Notes: generated by a model from the sequence alone, not told the origin. 64,000 nucleotides of DNA from Pedobacter sp. (GCA_050253415.1 JBFWJC010000001.1:384001-448000); one strand, 5' to 3'. Positions 19,066-32,112 are shown, counted from the first letter of the stretch. Made by a program: numbers and translations.

Positions 19066-21069
19066 TCAGTAGGTGAAGTTGAGGCCGGCCAGGAAGTTGC
19101 GGCCGGGAGCCGGTTGACCGACCTCGTAATAATCACGATCGGTGATATTGTTGACTTCTACAAAAGCAGTCCCTTCCACCCCCAAGAGCTTGCCGAGTTT
19201 CTGCTCGGCCCGGGCATTGAGCAGCAGGAAGTCCGGGGACTGCGTCCACTCTTCAATAAGAGCAGTCGGAGTGTAAGTATTCTTATTAGCGTACTGCCGG
19301 TTTACATAGGAGAGTTGGGTACTGAGGTTGAGCCCGAAGGGGAATCGGTAGCGCAGGTCCAGATTGGCGCGATGGCGCGGCCTCCCTTCCAGCTCGCGGT
19401 CATTTTCCTTGTCTTCGGTGCGCATGTAGGTGTAATTCAGCCCGGCCCAGAACGCCTCGGTGATGTCGGCGCCCAAGGAAACCTCTATCCCTTTGGTGAC
19501 GGCCTCGCCGATATTGATATAAACCGTTTCGCCATCAATTTTATCCTTATCGATGAGGTCTTCGATGTCATTGTAAAAGGCCGCTACCGAAAGAGTTATA
19601 TCCTCGCCGAAGGCTTGGGTCAGGCCGACCTCATAAGTGATGGTTGTCTGGGGGTCGAGATCGGGGTTGCCGCCAATTAATTCGCTGTACAGCTCCTTGA
19701 GATGGGGGAAACGGGTTTTTTTGCCGATGGAGCCGTGGAGGGTAGTGCTCTCCGACAGAGTGATAACCACACCACCCTGGGGATTGATGGCATCGATAGC
19801 TTTCGTCAGCTCCCGACCGGTGGCTTCACGCGGATCGTAATAGTCGTAGCTTACCCCTACCACGAACGCGAGCCAGTCGAGAGGTCGCACCTCGTCTTCG
19901 ATCCCGATGGAGTAGGTATTCGCCGCAAAGGTCTCCCAGGGCGACCAATCGTTTTCATCTAGCGGTTCTTCTTTGTCCCGTTGTTTGGTTTCGTCTCGCA
20001 CAAACGAGCCACCGATCTTGAGGTAACTCCAGCGACCAAAGTCCATGAAAGCCTGCAGTTCACCGCCGGTGCTGTAATTTTCATAAGGGGATAATACATA
20101 AGGTTTCTTTAGACTTTTTGGATATTCACCAAATCGCCCATACATTTCGTCATCGTGGCTGACATAAAATGCGCGGGCTTTGAGCCGCAGCCAGTCGGTC
20201 ACCTGCTGCTCGCCAACCAGGCTCAATTGCCACTGCTCCCATTCGTTAAAACGCCACAGGGGCCGATTCGGCACCCCCTTCTCATTGTTGTAATAGTTGA
20301 AGGTCAGATAGAGTTTAGTCTCCTCGCTGGGCTCATAACCGAGTTTAAAATTGACATGGTGCTGCAGGTAATCGCTTCGATCCCGTTTGCCGCCATCTTC
20401 CGGTGCTTCCAGTTGGTCAGCCCACCAATCCTCATCATAATCGCTGGACAGCCGCCAGCCATTGGAATGGCGGTAGCTGTACCCGGCGTATACAGTGAAG
20501 TCGCCGATCGGAGCTCCGGCACTAACGGAATAGTGCTGGGTGCCGTAGTCACCCCAGGCAGTGCTGGCCGTGGCCATTGGTTTAGACGCGGTCTTGGTGA
20601 TGATATTGATGACCCCGCCCATGGCATTGGGCCCGTACAACACGGATGAGGCGCCTTTGGTGACGGTGATCTTGGCAACATTGTCGATGGGGAATTGGGC
20701 CAAGTCGATAAGACGTGAATATTGCTCGTAAACCGCCACACCATCGATCATTATCTTGACATCTTCACTATTAAAACCACGAATGCTGACGTAGCTTTCG
20801 CCCTTTTTGGAACCTCTCTGCACGAAAACGCCCGGCAATTGTTGCAACGCGTCGGCCACGGTCTGGGCGCCGCGCTGTTTAAAATCCTCCTCGGTTACTT
20901 CCGTAACAGTGGTGGCCAGATTGGCCACCTGTTTTTCCCCGCTGACGATAACCTCGCCCAGGGTAAATACGTCATCAGTGGCTACCTCCTCTGCCGCCAG
21001 CGCCGGCCAAGCTGCCAGTAAACAACCGGCCAGCACCCACGCCGACCACCAAATACGTGTTTTTGTCAT
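19066..21069 (-). CDS. TonB-dependent outer membrane receptor
   Basis: Signal peptide, TonB-box-like FTLGEVIVSG, plug motifs (SIRG, KGASSVLYGPNAMGGVINIIT), C-terminal PGRNFLAGLNFTY; AGGAGG RBS. Confidence 0.92.
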   Translation of the reverse strand: MTKTRIWWSAWVLAGCLLAAWPALAAEEVATDDVFTLGEVIVSGEKQVANLATTVTEVTEEDFKQRGAQTVADALQQLPGVFVQRGSKKGESYVSIRGFNSEDVKIMIDGVAVYEQYSRLIDLAQFPIDNVAKITVTKGASSVLYGPNAMGGVINIITKTASKPMATASTAWGDYGTQHYSVSAGAPIGDFTVYAGYSYRHSNGWRLSSDYDEDWWADQLEAPEDGGKRDRSDYLQHHVNFKLGYEPSEETKLYLTFNYYNNEKGVPNRPLWRFNEWEQWQLSLVGEQQVTDWLRLKARAFYVSHDDEMYGRFGEYPKSLKKPYVLSPYENYSTGGELQAFMDFGRWSYLKIGGSFVRDETKQRDKEEPLDENDWSPWETFAANTYSIGIEDEVRPLDWLAFVVGVSYDYYDPREATGRELTKAIDAINPQGGVVITLSESTTLHGSIGKKTRFPHLKELYSELIGGNPDLDPQTTITYEVGLTQAFGEDITLSVAAFYNDIEDLIDKDKIDGETVYINIGEAVTKGIEVSLGADITEAFWAGLNYTYMRTEDKENDRELEGRPRHRANLDLRYRFPFGLNLSTQLSYVNRQYANKNTYTPTALIEEWTQSPDFLLLNARAEQKLGKLLGVEGTAFVEVNNITDRDYYEVGQPAPGRNFLAGLNFTY

Positions 21070-21268
21070 AACTCCTCCTTGCAATAAAAATGGAATTTCC
21101 CTGACAGGCATGGGTTGCCTGCGGGAAACTCAGGGTTAGTCACACCTCTTACAGAAAACTTTTGGTAAAACATTCATCAAAATCCGAAAGCGACCAGGCG
21201 GGTTAAATCCGCCCGTCTCCAGCAATAAAATTAAAATTCTTTATCTAATTAAGTGTGATGTCTGAATT

Positions 21269-21292
21269 GGATATATTGCTGGGTACATAACG
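21269..21292 (-). promoter_or_regulatory. Putative ModE-type operator upstream of the TonB operon
   Basis: Minus strand CGTTATGT-N8-ATATATCC, preceded by CCTTG; closely matches the site at 47927. Confidence 0.55.
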
Positions 21293-21699
21293 CAAGGCGT
21301 CTCAAATTGCGGATGTGCCGCATTGCCATAGATTCATGGGGGAGAATCGAAGTATTTATGAAGTTGGGTGGATATGGAAGGCAGGAAAGAGCCGCAAGAC
21401 TTGCGACCGCCTCTAGGAGGAAAGACGGTGCAAGACTCTCGCAAAATTTTTCCCAGCTTTCGCTGTATAGCAAACGGAATAACGCCATGCAAGTAAAAAA
21501 GCATTTTAAGTTTAATTATTTAATGTATACCTTGACGAATTCCCAATTCGGCATTCCCATGGCGGGACGGACAGGGGGCTCCGGATCATGCAAGGGTCCT
21601 ATGCCCACCGATAGATCATAAAACGCCAGGATGTTGCAGCATCCTGTGTGTTGCCTGCTACAATCGTAGAAAATGCAGCGCGAGACGAAAGGATGTCCC

Positions 21700-22056
21700 A
21701 TGACCCAAAAAGGTTACCTGTGGATGACGACATTGTTGGTGGTGACGGTGCTGCTTGCCGCCTGTGCGGGCAGGATGGCGGCGCGGTCGCTTCTGGATGA
21801 GGACTATGCCGTCATGAGCGATGAAGAATTATTGGTGTATTACGACCAGGTAAGTGAAGCGATCGCAAAGGAAGAAGGCGGAGGGGGTGGTTTCGGTCTG
21901 GGGTTGGGGCTCGGGGTTGGCAGCGGTTCGTTTTCGGTGGGTGCCAGCCAGGGGATGTATGTGGATGATCCGACCGAGCAGTTGCGAGTCCGACGCAATC
22001 AGGTGCGTCTTGAGTTGGCCAGACGAGGTCTGCAACCCCAAGGCACGCCGCAGTAA
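21700..22056 (+). CDS. Small lipoprotein with Gly-rich segment
   Basis: Lipobox LAAC after a hydrophobic signal; GGGGGFGLGLGLGVGSG segment. Confidence 0.75.
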   Translation: MTQKGYLWMTTLLVVTVLLAACAGRMAARSLLDEDYAVMSDEELLVYYDQVSEAIAKEEGGGGGFGLGLGLGVGSGSFSVGASQGMYVDDPTEQLRVRRNQVRLELARRGLQPQGTPQ

Positions 22057-22065
22057 CTTTTCCCT

Positions 22066-24135
22066 TCAGGTCAGGCCATAAAGAGTCTGCACCTCACTGG
22101 GTGCTTGATCGTAATGGGAGAATTCCATGACAAAGGTGCCGCGCCCTTTGGTGGCACTACGGAGTTCGCCCATGTAGTCGAACAGTTCGGAAAGGGGTAC
22201 GTATGCCTGGATGAGTTCCGTCTCGATGCGGGATTCCAGGCCGTCGATACGACCTCGTTTCTGCTGTAAGGAGCCGATTACCTGGCCGGCAGACTCCACC
22301 GGCACGGTCAACTCGAGTGCCATGACCGGTTCCAGCAACGTCACCCCGGCTTGGGCGGCGACCATGCTCAGACCGCGTTGAGCTGCCGCGCGGAGTCCTA
22401 TCTCGGTGGTTACGCCGGGTTCAAACGGCGCTTCCAGCACGGTGATTTCTGCATCGGTGAGCGGGTAGCCGGTGCGCATGCCTGCCGCGCATGCCTGCCG
22501 CAGGCACTTTTCAAGTTCCTCCCGTAGAGGCGGCAACAGCTGTCCTTCCCCCTCCGGCAAGGTCACTCTCAAACCTTGGCCACGGTCCAGCGGTGCAATT
22601 TCCAGAGTTACATCGCCGCTCTGGACCCTACCCTCCGTTTCTCGGTGGAATTTTTCCTGATGTCTAGCCTTGCCTTGCACCGTCTCACGATAGACAACCT
22701 GTGGCCGACCGGTGCGAACCTCGACGCCGAATTCCCGGTGCAGGCGTTCGGTAATAATCTCGAGATGCAGCTGGCCCATACCGGTCAGGATGGTTTGCCC
22801 CGTATCGGGGTCCTCCCTCATGCGGAAGGTCGGGTCTTCCCACAGCAGTTTTTCCAGAGCGGCCGGTAGTTTGTCGCGATCCTCGATATGTCGCGGCTCA
22901 ACGGCTAGGGAGACAACCGGTTCCGGCACGCGCAGTCCTTCCAGGCGCAGAGGCTGTCCGGAATGGCACAAGGTATCGCCGGTCAGGGCGTGCTTGAGCC
23001 CGACAGCGGCCACGATGTCGCCGGCCTGCACTTCATCCACGCGTTCACGCTTGTGGGCATGCATGCGAAACAGCCTGGCCGGTTTTTCGGGTACACCCCG
23101 CGTACTGTTGAACAGTTCGTCCCCGGCGTGCACGGTGCCGGAATAGACCCGCAGATAGGTGAGCCTACGTCCTTCGTCCGACAATACCTTGAAGGCCAGC
23201 GCGCAAAGCGGTCCCTTAGGATCACAGGTCAGCAACAGCTGTGGGTTATCCCCATGATTGAGGGGGATAGCCTTAATGGGCGGCGTCTCAAGGGGGGAAG
23301 GTAGAAAATCGATGACGGCATCGAGGATGGGTTGGATGCCCTTGTTGCGCAGAGCCGAGCCCAAAAAGACAGGAAACAGGCGGCATTCAAGCACGCCACG
23401 GCGCAGCGCCGCTTTGATCCGTTCGGTGGTGACCGGTGTACTTTCGAGAAAGTCGGTCAGGATGGTATCGTCAAAATCGGCGGCGGCCTCCACGATTTGC
23501 TCGCGCGCTGCAGCCACCTCTGAACGCAAGGCCTCGGGAACCTCGGAGATCTGCACGGTGGCACCGAGATCGTCCTCGGCAAAGGTCAGCAGGCGACCTT
23601 CGAGAATATCGACGACGCCGGCGAAAGTCCCTTCGATCCCGAGAGGCAGCTGCATCAGCACCGGACGGGCGGTAAAGCGACGCTGCATCTGCTCGAGTAC
23701 CCGGCGAAAATCGGAACCGATGCGATCCATCTTGTTGATCAGGCAGATGCGCGGTACCGCATAGCGGTCAGCTTGGCGCCAGACCGATTCGGTCTGGGCC
23801 TGCACCCCTTCCACGGCGCTGAAAATCACCAGCGCACCGTCCAGTACCCGCAGGGAGCGCTCGACCTCGATAGTGAAATCAATATGGCCGGGGGTATCGA
23901 TGAGATTGATGCGTACATCGCGCCAGTGACAACAGGTCGTGGTGGCGGTAATGGTGATACCGCGCTCCTGTTCCTGCTCCATCCAGTCCATAATGGCGTT
24001 GCCATCATGGACTTCCCCCAGACGGTGGCTCTCGCCGGTATAGAACAATACCCGTTCCGAAACGGTGGTTTTCCCGGCGTCGATGTGGGAGATGATTCCG
24101 ATGTTGCGCAGTTTGTTGAGGTCAAGGCGGGTCAT
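22066..24135 (-). CDS. fusA: Elongation factor G paralog (EF-G2-like)
   Basis: [26 protein letters not shown] and NKMD; full length 689 aa; not in an rpsL-rpsG-tuf context. Confidence 0.88.
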   Translation of the reverse strand: MTRLDLNKLRNIGIISHIDAGKTTVSERVLFYTGESHRLGEVHDGNAIMDWMEQEQERGITITATTTCCHWRDVRINLIDTPGHIDFTIEVERSLRVLDGALVIFSAVEGVQAQTESVWRQADRYAVPRICLINKMDRIGSDFRRVLEQMQRRFTARPVLMQLPLGIEGTFAGVVDILEGRLLTFAEDDLGATVQISEVPEALRSEVAAAREQIVEAAADFDDTILTDFLESTPVTTERIKAALRRGVLECRLFPVFLGSALRNKGIQPILDAVIDFLPSPLETPPIKAIPLNHGDNPQLLLTCDPKGPLCALAFKVLSDEGRRLTYLRVYSGTVHAGDELFNSTRGVPEKPARLFRMHAHKRERVDEVQAGDIVAAVGLKHALTGDTLCHSGQPLRLEGLRVPEPVVSLAVEPRHIEDRDKLPAALEKLLWEDPTFRMREDPDTGQTILTGMGQLHLEIITERLHREFGVEVRTGRPQVVYRETVQGKARHQEKFHRETEGRVQSGDVTLEIAPLDRGQGLRVTLPEGEGQLLPPLREELEKCLRQACAAGMRTGYPLTDAEITVLEAPFEPGVTTEIGLRAAAQRGLSMVAAQAGVTLLEPVMALELTVPVESAGQVIGSLQQKRGRIDGLESRIETELIQAYVPLSELFDYMGELRSATKGRGTFVMEFSHYDQAPSEVQTLYGLT

Positions 24136-24163
24136 GACGCCTCACGCTTATGCGGGATTGGCT

Positions 24164-25984
24164 TCAGTCTTGCCGGACCTGGGAAAGAAGTTCCATGTCC
24201 AGCCCGTTATATTCGAAATACTCGCGTTCGAGCTCTTCCACGTAAAAACGGTCCAGTCCGCTGTTTTTGAGGAAGTCGTCGCGTAACGCATCATCTCGAC
24301 CGGCAATAATGCGCGGCAGTAGATTGTGCAGATACAACTCCTCCATCTGGACATGATGCACCACGCGGCGGAAAAGCTTGTGCAGCAATTCTTCATCGAT
24401 GGTTCCGTTAAGACCTGTTTCGCGTACCACTTCTGCCTGCAGTTGTTCCCGTTCCTGGGCAGTGCTGTACCGGGAATAAAAATTGCGAATCCGTTCCTTG
24501 GTGTGGCTCAGCAAGGTGTTGAACAGTTCTTCCTGCTTGCAGATGTCGTTGAGGAGCCGTTGCATCCCTTGCAGGGTCAGTCTGCCTTCCTCTATGGCCG
24601 CCAGTCCCTTACGCAGGGCCAGCAGCTTACGGCGGCCGAATTGCCCAAGATAGTGGTTTTCCAGAATTCCGCTGAAGAAGAGTTCATCGAACAATTCGCC
24701 GCCCAGCACGTCGAATTCTTTTTTGTTATTCAGCAGGCTGCGCACCAGCTCTTCGGTAAATCGTATCTTGTCCATGAAGGCAAGCTGGTTAATATGCTCC
24801 GAGGTACTGTCGAATCGGTCGAAGTAGGTGATGATCCACGAGAAATTTTCTACCAGAAAGACATCGGCGCCATCGCGCATCTTTTCGTCGCAGGCCTTGG
24901 CCGCCTCAAGTAACATCTGTTCAAAAGCGTAGTCGCGGCCTTCCACTGCACGTCGCTTGGCTTTAAGTAATTGTACCAGGTCTTCGCGGTCGATGCGGGC
25001 ATCGATCTGCCGCTCATGTAAAAATATCCCCTCGAGAATCTGGCGCGTTTCCGACAGGTAATCCTGTTCGTCGGCGCTGGTCAACAATTCCGGCTTGAGT
25101 ACTTCGTCCATGGCATAAAACAAAGCCGAAGGGATTTTGCTGCGCACCGACAGGGTCTTGAGGCGGGTTAAACGGGCATTTTCAGCTGTCCCGATACGTC
25201 CTTTGAGCTTGCACTCGACCAGGATGTTTTTGTACTCGTCAACGATGCGTCGATTGGCCGCATGCTTGTACATAACGTCGATGCGGATGCGTTCTTGCTG
25301 GTAACTGTCAATGCCGAGGGTATCAGCCAGTTTTACAAGCTTGGTAAATTCCGGGTCGGGGATGTTCTGGTAGGCGTGATAAAGTTCCCGAAAAGCATCG
25401 TGATAACGTCTGTGCTTGGTGTTGATAAGCTTGATCAGATACAGGGCGCTGCGATGCCCGAGAAGCGGAAGTAGTTCTTCGATCAACTGGGCATCGTCCC
25501 CTTCGCCGATGAAGGGAAAGCGTTTCAGATCCTTGCCCGCCAGGCGCAGAATCTCTGCCTGCTGTTCCTGCAAAAGACCCGATACCGAGCCGAAGATGAA
25601 AAAGTAGTAGTTGTGAACGGCATTGCCTTCCAGAAAAACACGGTCGTATTCCTCGTAGCCGTCGGTGCGGCTGGAAAACATCAGTGCGCCGTCCTCGCGG
25701 CTGCTGGTGCCGAACATGACCAGTCGGTTACGCACTTCTTCCTTTATAAGATCGGCTAGCGGTTGCTCCACACCGAACATGTATTCGCAGAATGAGCCAC
25801 CGTTGCCGCGATGCGTCAGGCCTTCAGCATCGAGAATCAGCTCGTTCCCGGGGGAGAAAATACGCAGGGATTGTCCGGATGCTTCGTAGAAATAACTGCG
25901 ATAGGCCTCGGGCGAGGCAATGGTGACATAGTATTCGATACTGTCGTTGATCTGGCCGTGGAGGCGTACTTCCTGATGTTTCAT
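24164..25984 (-). CDS. Conserved deltaproteobacterial protein of unknown function (resembles the TIGR04442 family; from memory)
   Basis: 606-aa soluble ORF with HRGNGGSFCEYMFG and QQERIRIDVMYKH; overlaps the upstream gene. Confidence 0.65.
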   Translation of the reverse strand: MKHQEVRLHGQINDSIEYYVTIASPEAYRSYFYEASGQSLRIFSPGNELILDAEGLTHRGNGGSFCEYMFGVEQPLADLIKEEVRNRLVMFGTSSREDGALMFSSRTDGYEEYDRVFLEGNAVHNYYFFIFGSVSGLLQEQQAEILRLAGKDLKRFPFIGEGDDAQLIEELLPLLGHRSALYLIKLINTKHRRYHDAFRELYHAYQNIPDPEFTKLVKLADTLGIDSYQQERIRIDVMYKHAANRRIVDEYKNILVECKLKGRIGTAENARLTRLKTLSVRSKIPSALFYAMDEVLKPELLTSADEQDYLSETRQILEGIFLHERQIDARIDREDLVQLLKAKRRAVEGRDYAFEQMLLEAAKACDEKMRDGADVFLVENFSWIITYFDRFDSTSEHINQLAFMDKIRFTEELVRSLLNNKKEFDVLGGELFDELFFSGILENHYLGQFGRRKLLALRKGLAAIEEGRLTLQGMQRLLNDICKQEELFNTLLSHTKERIRNFYSRYSTAQEREQLQAEVVRETGLNGTIDEELLHKLFRRVVHHVQMEELYLHNLLPRIIAGRDDALRDDFLKNSGLDRFYVEELEREYFEYNGLDMELLSQVRQD

Positions 25985-26859
25985 AGTCCGATCCGGTCGT
26001 TGGCTCCACGCTCTGACCGCGACGGTTGCTGCGGCTGGAGGCCGCTATCGACGGCATCCTCAACGAAGAGACTGAAACATTGGCCGTCGTAGGCCAGCTC
26101 GATACCAGGCGGTAATTCATGGTTGTCGCGTGAGTGGCTGACCTCGTGACAGAGGTGGGTTAATAAAGTGCGGCGGGCCCCGATCCTTTGCGCCATCTCG
26201 ATGGCTTCGGAAATACAGAAATGGCTGGGGTGGGAACGAAACCGCAACCCATCAAGGACCAGGATATCCAGGCCACGAAGACGGTCTTGCGAATGTTCCG
26301 GGATAGCATTGCAGTCGGTCAGATAGGCAAACGGGCCGATGCGGTAGCCGCTGGCTTCACCTGGTCCATGCTCGAGGAGGATCGGTTCGATGGGCAGCCC
26401 GAACAGGCTGAATGGGCCCCCGACCTGCCAGGGATCGAGCCGGGGGCGAAATCCCACGCTCGATTCGGAATTGAAAATATATTGGAAGTTCTGCTGAATT
26501 ATAGCCATGGTGGCAGGTGACCCGTAGATAGGTATCGAATCTTTGGTCACCATGTTGAAGGCTCTCAGGTCATCTATGCCATGCACATGATCGGCATGTG
26601 CGTGTGTATACAGTACCCCGTCCACGTGCCCCAAATGCTCCCGCAAGGCCTGTTGGTGCAGGTCGGTGCTGGTGTCGATCAGTATGTTGCGCTCACCCCA
26701 TGAAATCAAAGCGCTGCAACGTGTACGCCGATCACGCGGATCCGTCGATCGGCACACCTCGCATGTGCACCCCAGCATGGGAACGCCGGTGCTGGTGCCC
26801 GTGCCGAGAAGCACAATGTTTATGGGGTGTGAGGAACTCAAAGCAGACTCCGGTGCCAT
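25981..26859 (-). CDS. Metallo-beta-lactamase fold hydrolase (PhnP-like)
   Basis: LGTGTSTGVP..GCxCxxC, THAHADHVHG, AYLTD and LTHLCH. Confidence 0.88.
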   Translation of the reverse strand: MAPESALSSSHPINIVLLGTGTSTGVPMLGCTCEVCRSTDPRDRRTRCSALISWGERNILIDTSTDLHQQALREHLGHVDGVLYTHAHADHVHGIDDLRAFNMVTKDSIPIYGSPATMAIIQQNFQYIFNSESSVGFRPRLDPWQVGGPFSLFGLPIEPILLEHGPGEASGYRIGPFAYLTDCNAIPEHSQDRLRGLDILVLDGLRFRSHPSHFCISEAIEMAQRIGARRTLLTHLCHEVSHSRDNHELPPGIELAYDGQCFSLFVEDAVDSGLQPQQPSRSERGANDRIGL

Positions 26860-27205
26860 TCAGTTATGTTGCCCGTTGCGGTTGAGAGATTTAATGCCTC
26901 GATATTTACATTAACGCAGCATTACGAACAGGCAAAATAGCATTTTTATTAAGGATGTGGCAATAACCTAGTATTCCGTGAAAAGCGTTCTGAAAAAAAT
27001 CTTGAGATTCCTTTTATAACTGTCAAAGTGTCGGCATGGGAAAACGGGGTGGCCTGCGCTGAGTCCTTGGCCGCGGGGCCGGTTTGTGACGGCAAGGCAT
27101 TGCATCCTGGGCCAAACGGCATTAGACTCAGTTCAATTCTTCCCCCCCACAACATCATTATGTTCTCCAGTGCAGCAGACCTGAAGCCTGTGAAAGGATA
27201 AAACT

Positions 27206-28702
27206 ATGCAAATCGTCGCTGTCAGCACCCCTGCTTTGACCCTGAAAACCAACTGCCTGGTGCTCGGCGTCTGGCAGGGTCAAACCGATACACCACTTCT
27301 GAATTCTCTCGATATTTCCCTGAACGGTGCTTTGCGTCAGTCCGTCGACAGCAAAGCGTTTGTCGGTAAGGAAAGTGAAACGCTTTTATTCCAAACCGGT
27401 ACCGCTTTGCCGGCGTCACGTATTCTTCTGGTTGGGCTCGGACCCTGGGCCGAAGCCGGTACCGGTACGCTGCGCAGCGGTGCCGCCGACGCCTGTCGTG
27501 TCCTGCAGCAACAGCGTGTGACCGATGCCGCCCTGGCCTTGTGCGAACCGCCACCGGGTAGCTGCAAGCCAAGCCAGGTTTTGCAGGCGCTGGCCGAAGG
27601 ATTACTGCTCTCAGCGTACCGATTCGATCGTTATCTCACGCAAAAACGCGATGAATTGCCCCTTCCGCTCGAAACCGTTCTCATATTGGTCGACCGGGAG
27701 TCAGAGGTCGATTCAGCTGTCGGTGCCATAGGCAAGGCGCAACAGATATGCCGGGGTGTGGCGTTGGCACGGGATCTGGTTAATGAGCCGGGCAATGTCA
27801 AATCCCCGGAATATCTGGCTGCCCAGGCGCAAGCACTGGCTGAAAAGCATTCTCTCGCCTGTACCGTGCTGGATCAGGAGCAGTTAGGCCGTGAAGGATT
27901 TGGAGCTCTGCTGGCTGTGGCTCAGGGCAGCGCACGACCACCACGACTTATTGTTCTCGAATATCGCGGAGGGGATCCGCAGGACAAGCCCCTGGTGCTG
28001 GTCGGTAAGGGGGTGGTGTTCGATTCCGGTGGGATCTCTCTGAAGCCGGGTGAAAAAATGGATGAAATGAAAATGGACATGGCTGGCGCGGCCGCCGTGT
28101 TTGGCGCCATGGATGCCGTTGCGGGGATGCGTTTGCCCGTTAATCTTGTTGTTATTGTGCCCGCTGTGGAAAATCTTCCGTCCGCCACCGCATATCGTCC
28201 TGGCGATATCATTTCGTCGTTGTCCGGTCAGACCATCGAGGTTCTGAATACCGATGCCGAAGGCCGTTTGATCCTGGCAGACGCCCTGACTTACGCCGGT
28301 CGCTTTGAACCGCGCGCCATCATCGACCTGGCCACCCTCACCGGAGCCTGTGTGATTGCTCTGGGTCACGAAGCATCGGCCGTATTCAGCAACCGCGATG
28401 AGCTTGCCCGGCAACTTGTTGCGGTCGGGGAAAGCAGCGGCGAGCGCCTGTGGCAATTGCCCCTGTGGGAAAGCTATGGCAAGCAGATTAAAAGCGATAT
28501 CGCCGATGTGAAAAATACCGGCGGCCGTCCCGCGGGTACGATTACGGCTGCGGCGTTTCTGCAAAAATTTGTTCCCGACTGCGCCTGGGCCCATATCGAC
28601 ATTGCCGGTACCGCCTGGGAGGAAAAAGGCACCGCCTGTTGTGCCAAGGGGGCTACGGGGGTTGGTGTGCGGTTGCTTGTCGATTTCATACAGCAGGCCT
28701 GA
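27206..28702 (+). CDS. pepA: Leucyl aminopeptidase (M17)
   Basis: VGKGVVFDSGGISLKP, MKMDMAG, NTDAEGRL, DLATLTGA, WAHIDIAGT. Confidence 0.95.
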   Translation: MQIVAVSTPALTLKTNCLVLGVWQGQTDTPLLNSLDISLNGALRQSVDSKAFVGKESETLLFQTGTALPASRILLVGLGPWAEAGTGTLRSGAADACRVLQQQRVTDAALALCEPPPGSCKPSQVLQALAEGLLLSAYRFDRYLTQKRDELPLPLETVLILVDRESEVDSAVGAIGKAQQICRGVALARDLVNEPGNVKSPEYLAAQAQALAEKHSLACTVLDQEQLGREGFGALLAVAQGSARPPRLIVLEYRGGDPQDKPLVLVGKGVVFDSGGISLKPGEKMDEMKMDMAGAAAVFGAMDAVAGMRLPVNLVVIVPAVENLPSATAYRPGDIISSLSGQTIEVLNTDAEGRLILADALTYAGRFEPRAIIDLATLTGACVIALGHEASAVFSNRDELARQLVAVGESSGERLWQLPLWESYGKQIKSDIADVKNTGGRPAGTITAAAFLQKFVPDCAWAHIDIAGTAWEEKGTACCAKGATGVGVRLLVDFIQQA

Positions 28703-29001
28703 GCCCGGCAGGTGGCTGCTCTCTTTCTGGTCCGTGAAGCATGTCGTTAAAGGTTATCCGGCTCTGTTGCCGACACCCGCTGGTGAAAAAAAAGGTTTGT
28801 TAATCGAAAAAAATGTTCCTCTGCGGTTGCGACCCCGCATCCCTGTGATATTAGGTTTTGTTGATTATCCCCCTCTCTGGTGAGGCGGCATGGCCACCGA
28901 CCGGGACCACGGCGGGTTGTGCACAAGGAGGGGAATCAGCGAGAAAGTGGTCCGGATAACACAGGCCATCAGGGCCGGAACAGCGGAAGGAGCAAGCAGG
29001 T

Positions 29002-29208
29002 ATGATTCAGATTCAAGGTACGGTTAAGTGGTTCAACGATGCCAAAGGTTACGGTTTTATCACGCAGGATGATGGTCCTGATGTTTTCGTGCATTATTCC
29101 GCCATTCAGATCGAGGGGTATAAATCCCTTGCCGAAGGGGACCGGGTTCGCTTTGAGGTTACCGAAGGTAATAAAGGGCCGCAGGCGACCAATGTAGCTA
29201 AAGTTTGA
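29002..29208 (+). CDS. Cold-shock protein
   Basis: [15 protein letters not shown] (RNP1) and DVFVHYSAI (RNP2). Confidence 0.95.
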   Translation: MIQIQGTVKWFNDAKGYGFITQDDGPDVFVHYSAIQIEGYKSLAEGDRVRFEVTEGNKGPQATNVAKV

Positions 29209-29230
29209 TCCTTCCGGGTTTAAATTATTC

Positions 29231-29260
29231 GGGCTCCGCAGTTTTTGCGGGGCCTTTTTT
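29231..29260 (+). terminator. Rho-independent terminator after csp
   Basis: GGCTCCGCA-gtttt-TGCGGGGCC followed by a T6 tract. Confidence 0.8.
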
Positions 29261-29300
29261 ATTTGATAGGTAACAATTCACGTTTAAACTGCCCTTCATC

Positions 29301-29329
29301 TTGACATTCTGCGGGGGGATTGATAGTTT
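29301..29329 (+). promoter_or_regulatory. Sigma70-like promoter for hisZ-purA
   Basis: TTGACA-17 bp-TAGTTT. Confidence 0.55.
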
Positions 29330-29404
29330 CACTGTTTGGTGATTTTTGAATCATCCAGACCTGTCGCCGGACCTGATGTCACCGGAAAGGAATGCACATT
29401 GCCC

Positions 29405-32009
<2,605 letters not shown>

Positions 32010-32112
32010 GTCGAAATAGGGTAGAAATCTCTTCATTCGGAGGCAACGAGCGAGTCCGTAGCACGATTTAAAAAAACTAATCGCGCAACGCAAAAAAAAG
32101 TAAAAAAAAAGA

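Noticed and set aside
21461..21484. Second ModE-like site CGCTGTAT-N8-GAATAACG
   Set aside because: Several mismatches and no shared CCTTG flank; too weak to call without a PWM
28969..29000. CAGGGCCGGAA..GGAAGGAGCAAGC resembles the SRP RNA core
   Set aside because: The motif is interrupted, there is no long enclosing helix, and it overlaps the csp RBS
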